In this document: positions 49,801 to 62,300 of the stretch, in pieces
Layout of the letters: each line of letters opens with the position of its first letter
Position numbering within the stretch: position 1 is the stretch's first letter
The notes under the pieces: generated by a model
Told to the model about the DNA's origin: nothing
Database searches by the model: none
What the model saw: the letters and a program-made list of their open reading frames with translations, nothing else
Assembly: GCF_001194135.2 (NCBI RefSeq)
Contig: NC_068990.1
Span: forward strand, 85,142,556-85,206,555
DNA: 64,000 nt
Direction: 5' to 3'
From: Octopus bimaculoides
Lineage: Eukaryota
Translations under genes and position numbers: made by a program

Positions 49801-52445
49801 ATTGTAGTTGCAACTCAGTTCCAAACATTACCAATACTCATTTATTCTCTTCAAGCAGCACAGATGTTGCTTTCCAGTCCTGCTAGGAACCTACGCTCTT
49901 TTGCACAGTTGCAACGATAATGGACACCTCTTACAGCAGGTGTTCAGTGAGTTGCTAACCACACTGACAAACATCTTCATTCCATCATGGAATTTTGCAT
50001 TGAGTGGTTTACCTTTTTTGGCTACAACCATTCTTAGTATGAAACACATAATAGTGAGGCCTCTAGTCTTTGCTTAGACACCTCTCTAAGAGAAGGAAAA
50101 CCTTGATGTGACATACATACATATCATACAACACACACACATCTTCATAAGCATTATCCGGTTCCATTTATGTTTCCAAACTTGTATGGTTTGTCTGAGA
50201 CTCTTTCAACACAGTGTCTTTCCATTGCGAAGAATGTTTAGAGAAAATTCAATAATATGAAATGAAATATAATAATAGTAATGATAAAAATAATAATAAT
50301 AATGAAATAATTTTTCAACTTACACCCTTTCCTTTGCTGCCTCGTTTTCCTCGTCTTCCAATCACACCTCGCTCACCCTGAAATAGAGAAATGTTTGGAA
50401 TGAGATTATTGATAATAGAGACAGATGGGGATATTGGTGTTGCTGATGTTATTAGTCCCAGGTAAGCTCTGAATGAGCAGACCTACAATTAAAATCTCTC
50501 CAACTATGGCCATCACATCTCGTTTCCAGATATACTATATGTAAGTACATTATTCAATGTACATGTGACACCTTTTGTGCTGTGGCTGTTAATACAAAGG
50601 AGGTAACTGTCTCTTCACAATCACAAGGCAGGATTAGAAATTTGATTTCGAAATTAAGGAATATGAAGAAGAAACAAAGTTCACATATAATATTTTATTT
50701 TTGCTTTATCTGTTATGAAATTTTTATGATTCCTTGTTGTAAAATGGTAAGGTGTGATCAGAGGGGTATTTGTATTTCCTAGTAGATCGAGCAATTATGT
50801 AGAGGCTCTATCATTGAATTGTTAACTAAGATGAGTTATTTAGGAAGTGAAGTTTAGTTCTGGTCTACTTTACAGTAAGTGGTTAGTGTATTGGTCTGAC
50901 TCCATGCTAAGGAGGTGGAGTGGAAGTTGAAGGCCGTCAAAAGTCAACTAGAGTCAGCGACAGTAGAAGTTAAATGAATGTGAATGGAAAGATGAGATAT
51001 TTCTCTCTCATGCTTGACAGGAATAACAAACAAGGGAACAGTAAGAGAATCTAAATGAGAGTAAGTAACAAAGAGTAGCTGGCCCCTTTGACAACAGTAT
51101 TTTCATTATCAGAAAATACAGCTGTAAAGTATGGTTCAGAGAGGATAGGGTTCAGTCTCCTTGTTTAAAAAAAAAATTGATTTCTTTTATACATACCTTT
51201 TCTCCAGGTGGGCCGGGGTATCCTGGGAAGCCAGGGATTCCGATGCGTCCCTATATGATTTAATAGAAAATTTAAAAAAGTTTAGTTAACATGAATAACA
51301 GATAAACAATGTAAGTGTTAATTTATATGGTTAATAGAAATCAGTCAACTTATCAAAAGAATGGGTTTGGGATCACATAATGTTCTTAAGCCTTTTGAAG
51401 TACACTAGTAGGTAACATAGAGAAACAGAATTGATTTAACTGGCTGTAATAAAATCTGCCTCAGTAACTTCTATTTGAACCATGCATGTGTGGATGATCA
51501 GACATTAAAATGAGGATGATGATTATTGTATACATTTATATATATTGGTTTTTTGGTATCTAAAAGTATCTTTAGAATTTTCTCTTTAATTAATAACAAA
51601 AAATTGGATATTTTCTATGAAAATAGAAATACTAATAAATCTATTAATAACTCTAATAATGAACCTAATAGTAATTATGATAGAACTAAATGTTGCGATT
51701 TAAAGATAAATGTTATTTTAATAATTTATTTATGCAAAATAACTTAGTATATAGATGTAGGGTAGAATCTAAAGGGACAAATTATTTTTACATTGGGTCA
51801 ACTGAAAATCTTATTAAATGATGTGCCACAAATCATGAATGTACTTTTAGGAACAAGGATACGTTAAGTAGTACCAGTTTAAGTAAATGTCTATGGAAGT
51901 TGAAGGATAATAATAAATTATATAACCTTAAATGGCAAATACTTAGTCATACTAGATCTTATAAAATTGCTGTAACCTGTGTGTTGAAGAAATCTATCAA
52001 ATTTTAACATAAAAAAATAGGCTTCTTCTTAATGATAGGCAGAAATTTGTTTTATTTTGTAAGCGCTCTTTGAAATATGCGTTTAGAAAATATTATTAAA
52101 GTGACTATCATCATCATCATCATCGTTTAACGTCCGCTTTCCATGCTAGCATGGGTTGGACGATTTGACTGAGGACTGGTGAAACCGGATGGCAACACCA
52201 GGCTCCAGTCTGATTTGGCAGAGTTTCTACAGCTGGATGCCCTTCCTAACGCCAACAATGTAAATTAATATTACCATTAGCTTATGAATAGTGAATAATG
52301 GGTTTTTAAAAGTGATATCTAGATCTGACAAATGTAAAGAAAACATGAGTAACTCACCTTTTCTCCAGGTGGGCCTGGTTGTCCAGTTTCACCAGGAGGT
52401 CCATATTCACCCTGGAATATAATAATGATAATAATAATGATGATG

Positions 52446-52498
<53 letters not shown>

Positions 52499-52568
52499 GA
52501 TTTCTCTACTGACCATAAAAGGTTTATGTTAAGGAAAACATTATAGACAGTACTAGACAAAATAAAGA

Positions 52569-52607
<39 letters not shown>

Positions 52608-53298
52608 TGTGAGTGTGTGTTGTTGTGAGGATTGTGTATGTAAACAAGCTTAACATAATGAAGGAAAAATTCAACAATATATAAACCTCAGTAGGGAGGA
52701 GACATCTGAGGGCTGCTCATGGAAAAACCCCATAAAATCATGGGTGCCCTACTTACAAACACACATGCATGTGTCCGGACATGATACATAAGTAACAACA
52801 TATAAAGCAAAAACAACACATTATTCAAGAAGTGAATAAAAAAAAGTAACAAAATAAGCCTCACCTTCTTTCCTTCAATTCCTTCAATTCCCATTGGTCC
52901 CATTTCTCCTTTTCTTCCCTTGTCCCCTCTTCTACCTAAGTCACCCTTTTCTCCATCCAGTCCAAATGATCCCTGAAAAAATGTGAACAGAACTTCAGTT
53001 TATCGATACATCAAGATTTCCTTCAACGTTTTATATTCTTTCTACAAGTTTCAGCCCTTGGAGTGTGATCATTCTAGGGTACCACATTTTGACTGGTACT
53101 TCTTTTATAGAATATAGGAAGTGTATGGTAAAGTCAACCTAGCTGTAAAGGGATATGACAAAATATGATGAAGTATTTTTGTTTGATACACCAATGTATG
53201 TATGTATGTATAGATTGTTTGAAGAAGTGTGCAGACTTTATATATAAACAAGAACAAGGCAGTCAGAATTTGGATATATATACATACATACACGTATG

Positions 53299-53349
<51 letters not shown>

Positions 53350-56300
53350 NNNNNNNNNNNNNNNNNNNNNNNNNNNNNNNNNNNNNNNNNNNNNNNNNNN
53401 NNNNNNNNNNNNNNNNNNNNNNNNNNNNNNNNNNNNNNNNNNNNNNNNNNNNNNNNNNNNNNNNNNNNNNNNNNNNNNNNNNNNNNNNNNNNNNNNNNNN
53501 NNNNNNNNNNNNNNNNNNNNNNNNNNNNNNNNNNNNNNNNNNNNNNNNNNNNNNNNNNNNNNNNNNNNNNNNNNNNNNNNNNNNNNNNNNNNNNNNNNNN
53601 NNNNNNNNNNNNNNNNNNNNNNNNNNNNNNNNNNNNNNNNNNNNNNNNNNNNNNNNNNNNNNNNNNNNNNNNNNNNNNNNNNNNNNNNNNNNNNNNNNNN
53701 NNNNNNNNNNNNNNNNNNNNNNNNNNNNNNNNNNNNNNNNNNNNNNNNNNNNNNNNNNNNNNNNNNNNNNNNNNNNNNNNNNNNNNNNNNNNNNNNNNNN
53801 NNNNNNNNNNNNNNNNNNNNNNNNNNNNNNNNNNNNNNNNNNNNNNNNNNNNNNNNNNNNNNNNNNNNNNNNNNNNNNNNNNNNNNNNNNNNNNNNNNNN
53901 NNNNNNNNNNNNNNNNNNNNNNNNNNNNNNNNNNNNNNNNNNNNNNNNNNNNNNNNNNNNNNNNNNNNNNNNNNNNNNNNNNNNNNNNNNNNNNNNNNNN
54001 NNNNNNNNNNNNNNNNNNNNNNNNNNNNNNNNNNNNNNNNNNNNNNNNNNNNNNNNNNNNNNNNNNNNNNNNNNNNNNNNNNNNNNNNNNNNNNNNNNNN
54101 NNNNNNNNNNNNNNNNNNNNNNNNNNNNNNNNNNNTATATATATATATATATATATATTGTAACAGTGTTTGCATGTTCGAGGCTATAAAACTTGAGAAA
54201 AGCAGTGATCCTAAAACAAATCCCAGCTTGGTGTTTAGGAAGCCATTTTTATTTCTTCTACATTTGGAAGTTCAACAGATACAAAAAACTGTTCTCCAAA
54301 TGGGCAGCAACTTCAAGAATGCTATGTGAGAGATCCCCCTGTTCAGAAGTCACTTAACTGCTAGAACCATTATACAACTTGAACTGACCCATAAGAATGA
54401 GATTCACACATTATCCGATATTAATCAGCCTCGTTCAGAAGTCATGTCAGCATCACATCATCACAATCAAACAAGTTTGTAATTTTAGGTCTGTGAAACT
54501 ATAAGTAATGCTTCACGTTACTTATAATTTAATTATAGTTTAAATGAAAACGACTACTTACCACATCTCCCTTGTCTCCCAAAGAACCTCTTAAACCTCT
54601 GTCACCCTGGAAAAAAACAAACAAACAAAACAAATCAGGTTGGCAGAACATTCTGAAAGTAGACACAGTACTGATTATGTAATATAAAAATAGCAAAGTC
54701 AGTGCTAATATATAGCAAAGTCAATGCTAATATATACAGCATGGCCAAAAATGATAGTATGTGATTTGAGGGATATTTAGCTGTTATTACTTGCAGGTCA
54801 AGAGACCAAGTAGACATTTCCTCAGCTTGTCTCTGTTAACATTTTCCCACAACCAATTGAGGTTAATGCTAAATACTAGTCAAATTAATATAATCGGCCA
54901 AAGAGGGTCTACAAAAGTTAATGGTGTCCCCATGCAACCTACTCTAACTTCATAACAAATAAATAAATAAATAAATAGATAAATAAATAAGTTGACCCTT
55001 AGCCAGAAAACGGAAACCCTTTTCATTTAGTCAGCTGTGAGACTTTGTAGATATTTTCTTATTTGTTAATCAGAATAATTAAATCAATAATTAGCTTCAA
55101 ACAAAGAAAATCAACTTACCTTAACTCCCCGTGATCCTGGGTACCCATTAACTCCCTGAGGTCCAAGTGAACCCTGAAGTGGTAGAAGAAAAATAATGTA
55201 TTATTAATACAATAAAGACCATGACAGATGGTATAAATATGATACGGAAGACCATTCAATGTCACACATGCTAGCATGGACAAGCAGATTTTAATATACT
55301 GATAATAATAACGATGATTGGGGCCAACGGTGATGATGAGGGTGATGGTTATGATGATGATAAGGAATATTTACCAAATATATTATCATTATCATAAATA
55401 GATATTGTTTATGCAAACAAGTGATTTTCTTAAAATTAAAATCAAAGCAGTTAGCTTGACTAAGCATAAAAGTTTGAGTTTATGTACCTACACACACACA
55501 CACACACATACACACACACACGCACACACAAGTAATAAGTAACAACTGATGAACAGGTATCAATTCATTACAGCCATTTGTAGCAAATTTTTAATTGATC
55601 AATGAGTACATAATATCATTATGTGGCAAGGACCAACTTTAGAATCACAAAATATGTATGTGCCATGGATTTTAAATGTTCTTGATTATAAAATTCATGC
55701 ATCCATCTGAAGAAAGTGTTTTTTTATAATGATGTAATGTACCCATTGATCAATTAAAAAAATTGTTAGAAACAGCTGTAATGAATTGACACCTGTTCAT
55801 CAATTGTTACTTCTTTATTTTTATTTCACCTATCTCAGAACATGTCCCTCATGTATTCTGAAGTATATCATGGACCATATATTTCATAAAATGTACATGT
55901 CTGAATAGCTCAAGAGAGGATTGTATACTCAGTTGAGTCCAATTAACTGCATACATCACTCAAATATCATTCTGTATTCTGCCAGTACTTCTGTACCAAG
56001 GCTGGTATTCATTTATAATTGTTGTATGCATTTTATTAAGACCTAACCAGATATCTCAGCTTTATGTACCATATTCAACTGAATCTTGTTATATTTTTTG
56101 TTTTTTCTTTTCTAGTTTCAGCTCATGAGCTGTGGCCATGCTGGGGCACTGCCATTTGGTGTTGCTACATAATTTTTACTTCACTAATTCTTCTTAGAAC
56201 TTCACATTTGGTGCATGAGGGAGCTTGATGCTGCAGCCCTCATTTGCACTTCCTGTTGTGAAGTTGGTTCGTCTGTGACTCTTGACAGTAAGAGATCTAA

Positions 56301-59300
56301 TTTTGTTTAGAAGACATCTACATCCACCCCATGTAGGTCTCTCAGGTCCTTCGAGAGGATATTGAAGAGCTGTGAGCCTTTAAAGCCCAGACTCTATCAC
56401 TATCTTGTATATTTTGATGGCAAAGTTGGAGTCTTTGGCACTATGCAGTTGCACCCTGTTCTAGCAATAGTGTAACTCTCAATGCCAAAGTTTGGGACAA
56501 GTCCCTCTGGGATCTTCCAGATGTATATTACTGCATATCTTTCTCACCTACGCTCCAGGGAGTAGAGTCTCAATCCTTTGAGTCTTTCCCAGTAGCTTAT
56601 ATGCTGCATAGAGGCTATCTTCTTTGTGTAGCTTCATTGGATTGCCTCAAGTTCTGCAATTAATTTTACATAGGTTCGTGACCATAGCTGGGTGCAATAG
56701 TCAAAGCAGATTAGGACAAATATCCTCCAGAAGGCCATCATGGTTTCCTGATCTCTCATTTTAAAAGTTCTAAGAATCCCATCTTGTCAGCCACCTGCAT
56801 TTCGTTGCCAACTTAGCAACATGCACATGGAAGGATACATGTAAATACTCAGCTCACACACTGACTGCATCTCTGGGATTGCAATCCCTCCAGGTCCAGT
56901 GTATTTAATTGGTAATGCATTTAGTTTTGCATAACAATAGCATAGGGCTTGAAACTTTTCAGCATTAAATTGCATGCTATTCTTTTTTGCCCACTTGTAT
57001 ATTTCATCTAACTTATGTTGCAGGTGCATAACATCTTCAGGGTTCTGTATTACTCATGAGACTTTTGTATCATCTGCATAATTTGTGAACATGATATATG
57101 TATGTATATTCTCTAATGAATGGTGAGGACAAGATACATACAAGTATATATACATGTGTGTGTATGTGTGAATGAATACATAGTAATATAAGAAATGTAA
57201 AACTTACAGTTTCACCTTTCATGCCGACATCACCAGTAATTCCAATAGGTCCCTGGAAGAGAAATTTTCAAAGAAAGAATAAATTATTTGAATATAGAAA
57301 TAAGAATTTTACTAAAGAATTTTCTAATACTGGTTTCAAATTTTGGCACAAGGCCAGTAACTTTGAGAAAGAGGTAAATCAATCACATCGACCCCAATGT
57401 TCAACTGCTACTTATTTTATAAACTCTGAAGAGATGAGAGGCAAAGTTGACCTCAGCAGAATTTGAACTCAGAGCACAAAGACAGAAAAAAATGTCAGTA
57501 GGTGTTTGCCTGGCATGCTAATGACTCTGCCAAGTCACCACTTTAGAAGAATTATCTCATATTTGGAACTTTTTAATCTGTCTTAACAAACAATAAAGTG
57601 ATAATTTTTTTTATATTGTAGTTAGGTGATTTTTATCTGACATTATGTATTGAAACATGACATAAAATGCCTTGCTCAAGGATGCAACAAGATACCTACT
57701 CTAGGAATAGAACCAACGACTACACTCACGAGTCTATTGCTTCTTCTGACAACTAAGGTCATGTGTCATCATTGTATCATGTTAGAGTCATATAAACTAT
57801 TTTAAATTTGAAAGCACTGTGGTATCAATTTTTGTTTTCGTTTTCTCTGGTCATTTATATACAATAAATATATTACAGTGGAGTAATACACAATAACATA
57901 CACTACTATGAAATAAAACAAAAATTATAAATATTATTGCACATGAGTTATTTAAATTTATAATATAGCTTTATAATGATTCACAGCTATTGCCATTTGA
58001 TGTATATTGAACTTAGATATTGTCTGTTTTTGCAACATATTTCTCTTCACCCTTCTGGACTTCAGTGAGTTTTAAAGATTTAAGGACTGGGACTTTGGAT
58101 TTGCTTGTTACTGTGACTGCTGACTTCCTTTTAATTAGTGCTAAGATCCTGTTGAGCTTTATAATTAGAAGAACCTTATATACAAAGCATCCATATTTAG
58201 AAATGAATCTAAGCTTTACAGTGTCTACCTAAAAGGGAAGCTCCACTTTATCTGCCATCCCTTCCTATCCTAAGTAAAGAGGCAAACATCTGTAGGATTA
58301 CAACAATAGATAAAATAAACTGATAAAGCAGGTATACTTACAGGTGGACCAATTGGCCCTGGTAGGCCAGGTAGACCAGGTTTCCCTTGTGGCCCACCAA
58401 TACCAGGTGGTCCCAAAGGTCCAGTTGGGCCAGGTGGACCCTAAAAAAGCAATGAAAAATATTTATTAATTTAAGATAGACATAACAACAAACATAACAC
58501 ACTTACAGACATCACACACTACATACTGCTTGTGTATGGCTGCTTATCAAATCTTATGAAATCATTTGTAGATTGTTTGATGGCTGAATGACTCTCCCTT
58601 TGAGATATAGCTTCAGTTGTAGACAAGACGATATATATTTGATTGGAGAAGCTTCTCCTGTCTTCTGGTATAATTAGCTGATAGAGCCCACCATTTAATA
58701 TGAAAGTGACTACATTTATAGCTAGAAGCTTCTTTTCTTTGTTCAGGAATTAATTTTCTTTACGATTTGCATTCTATGGTCTTTAACAGGAATACTCTTA
58801 AGTTGTATATTCCACAACACCAAAATTTGTGTAAAATATTACCTCTTCAAATGCTGCTTAATTCATGAACAGTAATGATTATACTACTATAACAAGACTA
58901 CCAATTATGATTGAAGCTATAATGCAAATTGCAATTGCATCGATTGGATTAACTGTCTTTAGATTGGATTGATTGGTCTTTAGATAAACTTAACTGCCTT
59001 TTAGTTTGCTTATTTAATGATGTGGTATATAAACGTAAAGTTTCAACACCACAATGCCTGTTTATTGTAAAGCTTATATAGCAGTTATTACAGCAGTAGA
59101 TTTGAGGTTATGTTTAAAATCCTAATTTTTTATTTATTTTTTTACCTTGCTATGTCATAAAAATCTCTGACTAAAATCAGAGATTTTTCAATTCAGGATT
59201 TTGGGAAAACTTCTTTCTTTTTTTTTCCTTTTATATTTGCACTCTTGTAGTCATTCAAAAATACCTATGTTGAAAGTATATGGGAAAATAAAATAAATAT

Positions 59301-62300
59301 AACTTACATTTGCTCCCTGTGGGCCAGGGGCTCCTGGTGCACCATGAGGTCCNNNNNNNNNNNNNNNNNNNNNNNNNNNNNNNNNNNNNNNNNNNNNNNN
59401 NNNNNNNNNNNNNNNNNNNNNNNNNNNNNNCGGCAGGAGATGGTGGCGAACCCTGCTGTACTCTTCCACCACAACTTTCTCCCACTCTTACTTCCTTTTT
59501 CTGTTGTGCCTGTAATTCAAAGGGTCAGCCTTATCACACTGTGTCACACTGAATATCCCCGAGAACTACGTTAAGGGTACACATGTCTGTGGAGTGCTCA
59601 GCCACTTGCACGTTAATTTCACAAGCAGGCTGTTCCGTTGATCGGATCAACTGGAACCCTCGACGTCGAAACCGACGGAGTGCCAACAACAACAATAATA
59701 TTGATGTAGATCTTATTGTTCTCTAGCATAAGATATTTTATTGTCAGTATGCAGATTCCTCCAGAAGACTGTTGTAATTTAACCCCAGGTCAACTCAGAT
59801 CTCACATACCTATGGTTAAAAGTATTTTAGTTATGACTGTTTTATCTCTTCCTTCAACAACTACACTATCCAATGACTCCTTCCATTGTTTCGATGCTAG
59901 CATGTAATTTTGAGGATGATTTGCTAATTATTTCTAGCAGATCAAGTGGTCTTATTGACATTCCCTCATTAGCTAAAACATCTCTCATTGGATTAAGGCC
60001 TATTATTTTGTTGTTACTGCTGTTGCAGTTTGCTCTGACTGGGTATTTCTGTGAAATAGCAGTAACTGAACTGATTGAATGAAATATTCAGTGGATGCTT
60101 TATACATACAACAGTTACAGGTCTTGAAAATATTTTTCCAAATATGACAAAGAATAAGAGTGAAATGTTTGAATTACATTGAAGATATACTAAAGTGATA
60201 TCATGTATAGAAAATACTTCTTAACAAATCATCATCATCGTTTAACGTCTTCTTTCCATGCTAGCATGGGTTGGACGATTTGACTGAGGACTGGTGAAAC
60301 CAGATGGCTACACCAGGCTCCAATCTGATCTGGCAAAGTTTCTATAGCTGGATGCCCTACCTAATGCCAACCACTCCGAGAGTGTAGTGGGTGCTTTTAC
60401 ATGCCACCGGCACGAAGGCTAGTCAGGTGGTACTGGCAACGGCCATGCTCGAAATGGTGTATTTTACGTGCCACCTGCACAGGCCCAAGCACACCGTTTA
60501 AAATAATAACTCAAATGCTGTATTAATTTGATGAGATAATAAGGAGGCCTGTATGTAGTTGCTGATCCAGAATGATATCTGAACTTGATGATATAGCAGA
60601 TAAATTTCACATAAAACCAGTTTCTTTGCATGAACTTGTTTCCTTTCAACATCCTAAAGATGAAAAGAACTACAAATGAATGTCCCTTCATGTGTTTTTA
60701 TGTCCAATGGCTAGATACAACTTGACAGTAAGTGCATGATCAGAAGAAGGAATTACATATGCTTTTCACACCTCATATAGTATTTCAGGTTAATGTTTCT
60801 TTGATGGAATAGAAACAAGATAAAAAGATTTTCTTACTTGATTTCCTTTGGGTCCAACAGGACCTTCAGCACCAGGTAAACCCTGAAATAAAAATAAACA
60901 TTAGAAATTAGTAGATAAAAAAACAGCATTTTTTAATTGAACGTAATTTTTGCATTTTTATTTGGAAATGTTTAGCTGAAGTAGCCTTTTAATACCAAAC
61001 CATCTGAGACTGCCCATTCTGGAGCTTTATTCAGATTAGAATCTCCACCATTGATTACAATGTGAAAGATAATAAGATTTCAGTTGGTCAACACTGAAAT
61101 AGTTTATAACAATATAGAAGGTTAGAGGAATCCCACAAGGCCCATTCCAAAACCTTAATTATAATGAAAATTAATTGAAACAGAAGCAATCTACTCATTT
61201 AAAATGAATCATGAAAGAGTTTAGATCTGCTTTTTGTATTTCTTTCAATTAGTGGAAAGGAAATAAATCTACTCCTGGATGATTGACATGTGAATTGTTG
61301 TTATCATCTCAAAATGTTATGGTACATGGATTTCAGGTGAGCAAATAGAGCAAATCTGGAATTAAGTGTCATGATGAAAGACCTTGATACTTAATGAATT
61401 TTCTTCAAGACTATATATCCAACTGACCATCTGCTCTATTTATTTAGCTCATGAGGTACATAGATACTGATTGCTTACTAAATGATCTAATGATCCCCAA
61501 GATGGTTAGGACAGATTGTGAAATGTGTAATACTTACAGGTTGACCAACAGGTCCTGGAGGGCCACGTGGTCCCATGAAACCTCTTGGTCCCTAAAATAA
61601 TCCAAATAGAAATGAAATGAAATTAAGACATGTACAAATGTTTATGAAAGATTCAAATAGTAAAAATGTTGAGGGATAAGGGATAAAAATATGTAACTAT
61701 GATTTTGAAAAATCAAAGATTAATGTATAAAGTCCAAGAGACTCAGGTTAATATTAAGAAACTGGAGTCAGTTACTAGAAATAATCATCTTAATTATAAT
61801 TACCATAAAATCTGTAGATAAATCAAATTAATGAATGAGAATGCAAGGCTAGTAATTGAAGGACTGCCATTTAACAAAACTTGAATCTCTTCTCCTTAAA
61901 ATGTGGTTAATGCTAAACATTCTCTTGTCATTTCAAGGACAACATAAATTATTGTATCCGACATTGTAGATTTGACAACACATAGGTGGCAAAATTATGT
62001 AAAGCATCTCACAGCACACATCACCAGATATTGTTTGTTTCATGATGTAAGTTTGACAATAAATGCTTGACAATAATTAGGAATTACACCACCCAGCAAA
62101 ATGATTAAGTTTTATATGTGAAAATGAGCTCCATTCAGTCGAAAAGTGATTTTGAGTTCTCCCACATCACCTAGTTAAAAATAGAAAGTCTATTCACTTG
62201 GAAATTAAAGATTACTTGTTTCAATTTAATCACATCTCCCCAACAATCAGACTTTCTCTCCCAGCAAATTTTAAATCATCATTGTTTAACATCCACTTTC

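Noticed and set aside
53350-54135. Possible hidden collagen exon in the 786-N gap
   Set aside because: W9 and W10 are colinear with the recalled alpha1(XI) sequence with no missing triplets, so no exon is needed.
53105-54329. Longest ORFs in the track (297-366 aa)
   Set aside because: They consist of N gap plus (TA)n microsatellite. The same applies to the other X-rich ORFs (4275-4580, 6771-7302, 46685-47050).
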